Shown here: positions 54,431 to 64,000 of the stretch, in pieces | Layout: the number at the start of each line of letters is the position of its first letter | Numbering within the stretch: the first letter of the stretch is position 1 | Assembly: GCA_002633005.1 (NCBI GenBank) | Contig: NMRA01000243.1 | Coordinates: 1-64,000 of the forward strand | Direction: 5' to 3' | Origin: Phoronis australis | Lineage: Eukaryota; Animalia; Phoronida | Length of the DNA: 64,000 bases | The notes under the pieces: generated by a model | Seen by the model: only the letters and a program-made list of their open reading frames with translations | Told to the model about the DNA's origin: nothing | Databases searched by the model: none | Made by a program: the position numbers and the translations under genes

Positions 54431-54644
54431 AGAAACTGGACTGCTGTTAATAGACAAACCCCCATTTCCATTCATCGAACAATCTATTCGAGAGTTTAAG
54501 AGATACGGTCTGCCATACACGGAGTTCAGTAACGAGGAACTAACGAAGAGATACCCAACTTTTCGCGTACCGGAAGGTTACAAAGGCTGTCTGGACATCT
54601 GCGGAGGAACTCTGAAGGCTGACGAATGTTTAAAGTGTTATCAG
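54431..54644 (+). CDS. PIPOX: PIPOX-like right gene, exon 3
   Basis: ttttcag|(K)ETGLLLIDKPP...EELTKRYPTFRVPEGYKGCLDICGGTLKADECLKCYQ|gtatgg. Confidence 0.92.
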
Positions 54645-54967
54645 GTATGGTGACGTATTGATAAAATCCATTTTACTCCCATTTGTTGTGGAGGGAAAAG
54701 GCGCAGTGACCCAGTTGTTCTTGAAATGTTAGGAGCGCCCACACACACAACGCTTAAGAGATCCCACCATGTCCTCGTATTACAAAAAAAATTTTATTAA
54801 TACATCTTAAGAGATATAATAGCCTTTAGTATACCTGTTGGTAAGAAACAAGCCAAAAATTCAACATATATATTTTTCTGTTATCGGGGTTGTATGGAAT
54901 GGGTGAAAGCCGTCTCCCCGTTGTTTTTACCGGAGTGCGCTACTGAGGAGTTGTGAGGAAAGTCCGC

Positions 54968-55200
54968 GGAGAGCTGCGTCTGTGGAGGCTGCAGTAACAG
55001 CAACTTGACTCGGAACGTCTCTGTGTTCAAATTTCCCAAGTAAGTGAACGTTGCACAGAAAGCGTCGGTTTGTGCGCCGCACGAGAGTGTGGAATGGCAG
55101 TGAGGAGCATGCGATTCAGTAGGGGGCCACACTTTGTTCGGTACATTTCAAGGAATCGTGTTTCGACCAAACACAAAAGCGGCGTTAGGATGAAGGACTC
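54968..55200 (+). pseudogene. Second degraded THAP domain
   Basis: SCVCGGCSNSNLTRNVSVFKFPK*...LCSVHFKESCFD. Confidence 0.65.
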
Positions 55201-55745
55201 GCCAGCTTGTAACTGTATAAATTTTGCAAATTTCATAAATAACAAGCAAACTGCTTCCATTCTAGGGCGAGCGCCTGGATGCCCTGATCTCCACCCCGGT
55301 CCAGATTAAGTGCTACGACACGTAGGCTTATGTATTGTGTTTAGACCCTGCTCATTTCATCATGGCAAGAGTGAAGACTCAGGTTTACTGTGGCCTTTGT
55401 CAGTGATTATTGTGTCTATTTTGTGAATAATGACCTCTCCTTGGTTGTGGCTCACATATGTCTGCAACATTTTTCGTGCAAGTTGGTCAAGTTCATACGG
55501 CCTCAAAGCCGACGAAAGTTTGCTAATTGGGAAATCGAATTCGTTGTCTGATTCTTCATGTACTTGAGTGTGATGCCCGCATCCACTCTCCTCTCTGTCT
55601 GCATCATAATTGTCCAGTTCTCGCTCAAAATCGCCCTCGTCTTCTGATCTGCTGTGTTCCGCCATGATTGCAATTGGCGGGAAACTTGGAAATAACAAAT
55701 TTTCTTCATATTAAAAGGTTCGCGACCATTGGGCATGAAAAGGGC

Positions 55746-57000
55746 TTTTTATGCGCCCACATACATGTATTTATATGTGGACGCATTATGCCGTCGTCTC
55801 CGTCCGTCCGTCCATCCGGCGTCCGCTGCTGACCCTTTGACATACGCTCATGAAATTTGGCACATATCTTCCATTTATGAATAGGACGGCATGAGCGAAC
55901 TTTCGGACGGATCCGACTACCGGAGTGCCCCCTAGTGGTAATTTTAGTTTTTTACGCTTGCCTTTGTATCTTCAAAAGTCCAGAACGGATTTTCATGAAA
56001 TTTAGTATATGGGCACCTATTAGTGAGATGACGCTATCCTCTCGTTTTCGGATGGATTCTACGTAGTTTGCGCCACCTATTGGCCATTTTTACTGTTTTC
56101 GAGTCTGTTTTTTTGCGCCCACCCCTCTATCAACCAAACCGCTCAAAGGATGATTGTGAAAATTGGCATGTATTTGCTTACTATGAAGAGGACGGTTGAC
56201 GATGATTTTCCGACGATTTCGACTACTGTGGCGCCTCCTAGTGGCAGTTTTTTTGTGCCTATGGCTGTATCTCTTAAACCGTTTCCAGGATCTTTACTTA
56301 ATTTAGCAAGTGTATTTATGTGATGTTGACTACGGATGACGACGACTTTCGGATAGATCTGATAACTGCTGTGCCCCCTAGTGGAATTTTATTTTTTTAC
56401 GTTGAACTCAGTATCTTCAAAGGTCCTGAACAAAGGCATCTATTGGTTTGATGACGCTATCTTACTGTTTTTGGATGGAATCGAGGTATTTTGCACCACC
56501 TAGTGGCCATTTTTGTTGTTTTCAAATCTTGTTTTTAATGTCCACCACTGTATCAACCAAATCATTTGAAAATTGACATATATGTTCTCAGTGTGAAGAC
56601 GACCTTTGATGATGGTGACTGACTACTGTGGCGCCTCCTAGTGGTAGTTTTGTTTTGCGCCCATAGTTGTATCTCTTAAACCCACTGTAGGAGCTTTACT
56701 AAATTTAGTAAGTGTATTTATATGAAGATAACAACAGACGACGACGACGACGACGACTTTCAGGCGGATCCAACGGACACTGTGCCCACTAATGACAATT
56801 TCATTTTATTCTGTTTTCCTTTGTTTCTCTGAAGTTCCTTGACAGATTTTTATGAAATATGGCATGTTCCTGTTTTTGGATGGATTGTACGTTTTTGCGC
56901 CATCTAGTGGCTATTTTTATAATACAAATAAATAACCCTAAAAGCACACCATTTGCAATGCATTCGTGGGCGCATCTCAACGCTCCGCGTTGCTCTTGTT
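55746..57000 (+). mobile_element. Complete Helentron-associated element (HINE) with internal tandem units
   Basis: T-rich insertion site, sub-TIRs atgcgcccac (55751) / gtgggcgcat (56966), (CCGT)n microsatellite, ~410-450-bp units, 3' hairpin caacgctccgcgttg. Confidence 0.8.
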
Positions 57001-58559
57001 TAGTTAGATTTTATGATATTCATTTCATATTTAGCCAACTGAAACCTCAAAAATTAAGAAAATGCACGGTGGGAACTCTTCAACTAGGATAAGGCGGAAA
57101 TTGTCGCTCTGCGTGTGACAGTTGACAGCTGATGTGAATGCAGCGCGAAAGACCCTCTCTACTGTTTCCGCAGCGGATAATTACTCCCGCCTTACCATGG
57201 GATATAGCCTCCCGATTTTTTTTCAGTGCTGTGCCTCCGCCCATGCTTACCCCAGTTTTGCGGCCACACAGCGATTTGAAGTAGCACAAATTACCTTACA
57301 AGAAGTAAACCTACCTCAATAAGGTGGAGTAAGTTGTCACAAGCGTGCCAAGTTGTGCTTAAAGTTACTGACTACTCGTTTCAGAAGTAACTAGTGTAGG
57401 GTAATTTTAAAAGTCTGTGTGTGGACGGCACTAATGGCGCTTTTCCGGGCAGAATCGGACTGGTGAAAAAAAGGATAGGTTATTACAATTTTTTGACAGC
57501 CCCGAAATAACAGCTTTTCTCTACAATGCTAAGTCAGTATGCGAATAAAACAAGCTCTGGTTTTCATAAAAGTGCTATAAGATTCAGGATTTTAAATTGG
57601 TAGATGTAACAGTTACCTTTGGTGACAATATTACGTCACGCCGTATTCAAAGATAACATGCAATATGGCCCTCGACCGACTGATGAGGACAATCGAGACG
57701 AAGTCTCTAGTGGAAATGGAGAGGGAGAAGAAGCAAGATCTCAAAAGACCTCGCAATGTCACGAGAGTTAGTGTTTCTCGAGTACGCCTGGGAACAAAAT
57801 GGCCACCCAGGACTTAATTGGTTAGCAATATTGGAGTGCTGCATTGTAGAATTGAATTCGCTTTTTGCGTTCTATAAGAGACGGTGAGTCGCCACAAGCG
57901 CAAGTTAATGTTTGGGGTTGACGGAAAGCAGTCCTGGAGGCTCAAATTTTGGAATTTTGGTTATAGGACCTGCATGTTTAGACAAAAAATCTACAAAACT
58001 GTACATTTTAACTCATTGAAATTGTATATTTTCTGAAAGCAGTAAAAATCTTGAAGTATTAGATTTTTGACTTTCATCGTTGTGTAAAGATGAAACATTT
58101 AAAAAACAATTCCAAACGCAGCTTTGAAAAGCAGCGTGTATTATTTGAATGATTCATATGAATACAATCAGCTGTTTCTAAGGTATGATGTTCAGAAGTT
58201 AGCCAAATTTTGACATTTTTCTAGGGTTCTACATAACCGCAAGAGCACCAACCACAGAAAGTTTTTGGGAGGATATATATTTGCGAATATCTTCTAAATT
58301 CACATTGTTCTAACTGGAAAGAAAGCGAATGAGACGGTTGCGCCCAGATATCTAAAGCACGAAGCTTCACAAAACAAAAGTATCATTTATTCAGAAATTG
58401 AAGGCATTGCATTCATACGAAAACATTTCCATTGTTACAGTCGCGTCGTGTTGGAGAAGTCAATCACAAAACTTATTTACAGGTACATGTACGGTTGAAC
58501 GTAACAACTGCGAATGTAATAGCAAGTGGAAATGCAACAATATATTACGTAACGTATAT

Positions 58560-58578
58560 GTATGTGTGTGTGCGTGCA

Positions 58579-58608
<30 letters not shown>
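58560..58608. repeat. (TG)n/(GTGC)n microsatellite
   Basis: Direct read. Confidence 0.85.
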
Positions 58609-58609
<1 letters not shown>

Positions 58610-58667
58610 TACTATTAGTGTATTGGCAGTTGCAAAGGGGCGGTAATGACTATGGTCTTTATTAAAG

Positions 58668-58850
58668 GATATGTTTACGAAGTTTGGTGGCCGCTTACAT
58701 GACGATGAGCCGGTTGTTGACGTTATCCCAGGGGACGTGATCACTGTCAACACCCCCAAAGCGTCCTACAGAACGCGCCACGTGGTCTTGGCAGCAGGAG
58801 GTTGGAGTAATCAAATCCTGGAACCACTAGGTGTATCACTCCCACTGCAG
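58668..58850 (+). CDS. PIPOX: PIPOX-like right gene, exon 4
   Basis: attaaag|DMFTKFGGRLHDDEPVVDVIPGDVITVNTPKASYRTRHVVLAAGGWSNQILEPLGVSLPLQ|gttcgt. Confidence 0.92.
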
Positions 58851-60226
58851 GTTCGTTTCACGCCACCACAACCTATACACACAGCAGACACAAAAATCCA
58901 TTCACCGGTTCACATTGTATAGCGCGGGGAAAATATGAGCGTTATGATAGTGTATGTTCGTTTTTATACCCCAGTTTGAACGAATTACTTTATTACGCAC
59001 TGCGCCATATTCTAGACCCTGCATTTCTTCACAGTCAGTATCAACTTATACAATTAAATGTCAAAAAGCGGAATAATATCATGTCTCGGGCAACCTTGCT
59101 ATAACGTTGTGTGCAAGAAAAGAATGGAAACAGTTAAAGCAACAATGACTTCGCGTTTCGTCGAAGAAACTAGTTTCTAATTTAGACAACTTGCTGCTAG
59201 AAAATTGGTCTCAACCTTTTCCTTACTTTGTTGAGAAGTTCGTGCAATTTTTGGTCTTGCAAGGAACTGACACTTTCTCTTTTTGTTGAGACTATGCTCA
59301 GCACATAAGATGGCTCTCCACGACAAAGCAACTTGTAGAGACTGATATAAAGCAGTAACGAATTGAAACCATATCCAATTTGACTGAGGAATAATTTGAG
59401 ATCAATTTCCTAAACGGTAAGTGGTATAAATCGAAAGTAGTTTTTATGCTCCTGCCTAAAATTCCATCAGCCACATTGTCAACTTGTAGTTGTAACACTG
59501 AGACTTTACAGTTTCAAGGACAACGTCGTTATGGCTTTGTGTGCTCACCATGGGCGGCGCACCATTGGGGGCTGGGGGGGGGGGGGNGGGGGGGGGGGGG
59601 GGGGGGGGTATAGCCCCCACTTTTTCCAGTCAGTGCTGCGCCGCCCATGTCCACATGGTGCCAGATTTTGGTTGACCTCTGACGAACTTGGTGGAGTTCT
59701 GTAGACGCACTGATCGCGCGATTTCGGTCACCTGTAATACGTGGCGTTTTTGCGAGGTTCTTGCGTCTACGGAACGCACGCCTGGTCACCGGTGCCAGTG
59801 CTATGTTGCTGATGCCGCAACGTTTGACCGCTAAGTATGGAAGAGTAACTCTTCCAATGCATGCAGGAGACGGATGTTGACATAGGAAAAGTACGAGAAT
59901 TGGCATATATGCATGGCGTTTTTGTAAGTTTCGCGACTTGGTTCACGAACGTTATTCAAATTTACGTAGTTGATGATTTCCCACCAAGTTATTTAAGTAG
60001 CCAAGGAAGCATTCAGTAACTCTGGTGACACGAGAGTAAAAAGTGGGTGATACCACGTGCTTTGCGTTTAATGCGTGGTGGTATCTCGCGAAAACTCGTG
60101 TGAACCAACTTGTCATACTAATCTTGCTGAAAGTACCCCTCTTTGCTGACAATCCTGGTCATATCGAGACTCATTCAGTCGATTGAACTGACAACTGATT
60201 CATAATGAAGTATAACACATTTGCAG

Positions 60227-60403
60227 GTGGTTAATATGAGCTCTTGTTACTGGAAAGAAACCGACATGGAGAACACTTTCCCACACGCGTTCATCCTGAC
60301 CAAGGTATGTCCTTGGCCTCGCCAGGAGATTCCGGATGACGCGGGAATGATAGACTTCAAAATCTATGGCTTGCCAACCTACGATGGTTTCGACAACATG
60401 AAG
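60227..60403 (+). CDS. PIPOX: PIPOX-like right gene, exon 5
   Basis: ttgcag|VVNMSSCYWKE...FKIYGLPTYDGFDNMK|gttagt; CYW.E and IYGLP.....MK motifs. Confidence 0.88.
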
Positions 60404-60629
60404 GTTAGTAAACGCCGGCTTTAATTATCTATTAGTTCTAAATCCAAGCTCTACCAAAGACTTAAGGCCACAAACCACAGATGTCAATTAATCAGAGCAA
60501 TTTTACTAAGCAACTTGCTGGAACCCTTGTTTCGCAAGTGTACGGGAAACAACTTTCGCTGCGTTTACGCTAGAGACGTGAAGTTGTCCTGGTGAAACAT
60601 GATGCCAAAGATAGGAAACAAAATATGGC

Positions 60630-61650
60630 GTAAAAGCTTTGCTGTTATCAATGCTTTTTAAGTATCAGTTGTTATTGTTATCCATTTTTTTTTCTTATCT
60701 CATTTCATTTTTGTTGAAAGTCCATTTTAGTTATTTCGCCGTATACAAATGTGACGGTGTCTTTATTACCATAACTCAAATTCACATGTACAGATATATT
60801 CATGAGTATACGTTTCAAGTGCTTAGCTGTCGAGAACCAAGTCCTCAATCAAATTATCTTCGTACTATTCCTATCATTATAGTAGAGCGTAGAGTCGATT
60901 GCCGTGGGGATAGGTGGTGGGAAAGAAAGCGTAGTGGCTTTGACATCTAGAATACAGCAGCTTCTGCGAAACACATGTCTCTTGCTGTGTTGCCTTCCAG
61001 CAAATGGAGTCTAATACACGCCTCTTTTTAATGAGTCCAGTACCTGACCCTGCTCTGTCCGCAGATCTTCAAATGATGTTCGACCGGGTTCATGGAGGAG
61101 TAGTGTTCGTAGGCAGAAAAATTCAATGTCCTTCGGACTGCCAGAGTAAATATGCCCAATAAAATTCTTGCCCTCTCTTTTCCTATTATGAAGATTAAGT
61201 TTTGAACCAGTAATCGAAATCTTAAATAATTATTTACAAATAGTTATTTCCAATCTTGAGTTGTTTTTTGTTGTAGTAAACGGTACCTGTAAAAAGGAAA
61301 AGAAAAACAACGATCAAGTACAACTGTTAGAAATTTTGATATATCTGTGTTCTTCACTGCAAGTTTTATCCTGTCGCTTCAGGGTAAAGTTCAGTAAAGC
61401 TAGGACCTCGCTAAAATCTACCCAAAACGCGTTCTCATTTAAAATACACGGCAAAATCTCACGTAATCTCCCGAAGTCTTGCTTTTTAGCGAAGTTTTAG
61501 CGTTACTGAACCCAGCACCAGTTTGTCGACGCTACCGTCAGATTTGGGTGTTCTATAACATACGGGCTTTGTGTTTACCCATAACAGAGAATATCCACAT
61601 GGTCGAGTCCAGTCACGCCTTTCCGACAGGTTTAGACTTTGAGTTGTGGA
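60630..61650. repeat. Inverted copy of the 36820-37895 repeat, with a short hairpin element (61390-61510) related to 4320-4400
   Basis: Reverse-complement identity blocks; gttcagtaa.gctaggacctcgctaaaa shared with 4322. Confidence 0.7.
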
Positions 61651-62739
61651 GAACACTGAATGTAGCATGTCTCACAACATGAAAGTGTCAAACATGACGA
61701 CATGAATGCAATTCTAGATGTGATCAATCTTATTTGATAATTTGAAAACTTTTAACAAGTGAATGTTATTCAGTGCCAGTCTATTGAGACAAAGGTTGAC
61801 CTATAGGTAAATACCGCAAGCACCTGTCCCAGTGGCGGATCTATGGGGGGGTTCAGGGGGTTTAAACCCCCCCCCTCGGGCCAGGACCCAAAATTAGAAA
61901 AAAAAATAAAAACGTCTCCAGCAAAACAAAAACGGCACCGCCAGCGAAACCCCAAGAAAACCAACTTGGAAAAAAATGAGGGGTGCGGGTTCACTCTAAA
62001 AATATTTTTTTGCAATGTGAATTGCTGTTATGAAAGTCAACGCGTTTCTAGTCTTCGTGGCTCGTCGGCAAAACCGCGGGGATCAATTGTGCGCGCGCTT
62101 GCGACGACACTTCTGAAGTAGCCAAGCATTTTAGATGGACCCACCGCTGAAAGAGCAGCTCTATAGCTGATTTCTTTAGGTAACTAGTTTCTTTACTCTA
62201 AGATATGTTTTGATTTGATTAGGGGAAATACTGTGGTGCCGCAACCCTGATATTCAGGCGAATTAACGTGCAACCTTTTTTACCTCATCTGTCATGCCAT
62301 GTCATCCTCTTACGCCCAACACGTTTGTAACTCGAATTTGACTGATGTATAGTAAAGTTGTCTTGCGCAATATCATACAGTGTACATGTACATGTAATAC
62401 TTGAAAAAAACTCGTTTTCCGAAGAATTGCAATTGTGGCCTGCGCCTTGGTCTGGTGGCGAGTCTGTTTGAAGATGCACTCTAACAAGTTATGTCTACAC
62501 AAGGAATGGCCAAGGGCACTTCTACCTGCAATAAGCACCACTGCCGTTTTCTATACTGGGAATTTCCGCAGAAAGGCCCACCCGAAGAAACTCCCATGCC
62601 CATGGGCATTTATTTGATGTTAGTACTTCGGGTTTCAAGCGTTCAGACATTGGGACGTTTATTTCGAAAATTGCAAGAGATGCAAATGAGTCCTGGGATA
62701 CATCGTCAAGGTTTGAAGTAGTCCATGATGAACGGATCG

Positions 62740-63320
62740 AATTTAGTTGCGCATGCTATGAGTCTTTTGAATGGACTTGGTTATCTCAGGGGGCTTAGTG
62801 CCAACTGAGCTGCGAAACGAGATGCTGACAATGTAGAGGCGTACAAGCTCATTGACACAGCAGTTGACGAAGTGCAAGCGTTGGGAAAAAAACGTCGAAG
62901 ATGTCTGGGTAGAATGGTTCCAAGAGCAGCAAACCATTGGATCCGATGTACAGATTCCTCGTCAGTCTAGACAACAGAAAGATAGGACCAACGTTCCCGG
63001 TGAAACACCCAGGTAATAAGTGATAATTATACACAGTTTGTAATAATGTCGGTTTTTTATGCTTGTGTACAGTGAAAACGAAATAGAAATTATTTTTGGA
63101 CATGCCAAATTTACCCAGTACACCAGAGGGTCTATGAGCGCACAGAAACTGATTCTGGTTTGTATTTCCACATTAGTCTATCTGCTTCATATCCAAAATC
63201 TTATTTCACGTAGTGCGTAGTTAAATATGTACTCAATATACTTGTTTCTTCCAGTGAGTACTACAGAACGGTGCGAAAACCCTTCCTAGACAACCTGTCG
63301 CAGCAGTTGACCACCAGATG
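62740..63320 (+). pseudogene. Degraded hAT (PRKRIR/ZMYM1-type) transposase fragment with an intron at 63013-63254
   Basis: LGYLRGLSAN*..DADNVEAYKLID...IPRQSRQQKDRTNVPGETP|SEYYRTVRKPFLDNLSQQLTTR. Confidence 0.7.
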
Positions 63321-63399
63321 TGTAAACTACACGTATGAGCAACCACTGGGGATTAAAAGTGTCTAGAGAGTTATTCAATTTTTTTGCAAAGTATGCTTT

Positions 63400-63690
63400 A
63401 GGTCTCGCGACGGACCAGGCCAGCTTGTTTTATGTAGATATCGAGTTTCAGTGAACTTCTGGTCCCTCGGCGAACTAGTCTTGTGATGTTTTTCACCAAA
63501 GTGTGTTTTGTAAAACTATTTATCTCAGCCAGTACTGTTTGGTCCCGCGACAGATCGACTATTTTTATAGGGATAATAAGCACAGGTGTATTTTCGGTCT
63601 CGTCGTGACGGACCAGGCCAGAGATTTTGTGTACTCTCAGTGAACATCTGGTCCCTCTGCGAACTGCTCCTGTATATCTACAGAGTGTTT
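63400..63690. repeat. Two-copy ~195-bp tandem repeat
   Basis: ggtctcg..gacggaccaggccag...tcagtgaac.tctggtccctc.gcgaact twice. Confidence 0.65.
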
Positions 63691-64000
63691 TGGTTTCGTG
63701 AAACTGTTTTCAGATGATTTGTTTCCTGATACATTTGACGTTTTTCAATTGTTGTCAACGTGATTCATCTTAATAAAGTGATACTTAATTGTTTTTGTCG
63801 CTTTTAATAATAGACTATGAGCTGAGAGCACCATCGTTCGACAGTTTTTCTCGTAACGAGACAGAACACATGTTTATTTCCGGACTAACAGTACAGGTCT
63901 TCGTTCTTAAACAGCTCGAGGCTGTTGCGATCATCTGATATCCAATTTTTTACGCCCCGTCGGTGCTCCTTATGCTCTTGAATATTGGGAAGTTGTCTAA

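Larger units (their letters stand above)
33481..60403 (+). other. PIPOX: Gene span: PIPOX/sarcosine oxidase-like gene, coding exons 1-5 (continues beyond the window)
   Basis: Five phase-compatible exons of 108, 149, 214, 183 and 177 nt splice to an open frame. Confidence 0.88.

Overview
Repeat-rich, intron-containing animal genomic DNA (AT-rich, probably a marine invertebrate; N gaps at 1731-2339 and 36058-36139). The ORF track is mostly noise; the real genes come from splicing GT-AG exons by hand. (1) Two minus-strand exons of an SLC22 organic-cation transporter (2687-2858, <=682), possibly disrupted, lie antisense just upstream of (2) the last three exons of a PIPOX/sarcosine-oxidase-like flavoenzyme gene (+, 4969-6752). 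(3) A nearly complete SABATH-family (Methyltransf_7) SAM-dependent small-molecule methyltransferase gene (-, 8 exons, 11424-24142, 378 codons before the stop, ATG exon not located). (4) The first five exons of a PIPOX-like gene (+, 33481-60403), divergently oriented to the methyltransferase. The leading hypothesis is a small animal metabolic gene cluster (methyltransferase + amine oxidase(s) + betaine/cation transporter). Introns carry Helentron-associated elements with ~450-bp internal arrays, a TTAA Kolobok-like insertion, a Transib-like element (CAC..GTG ends, 5-bp TSD), MITEs, and LINE, hAT and THAP remnants.
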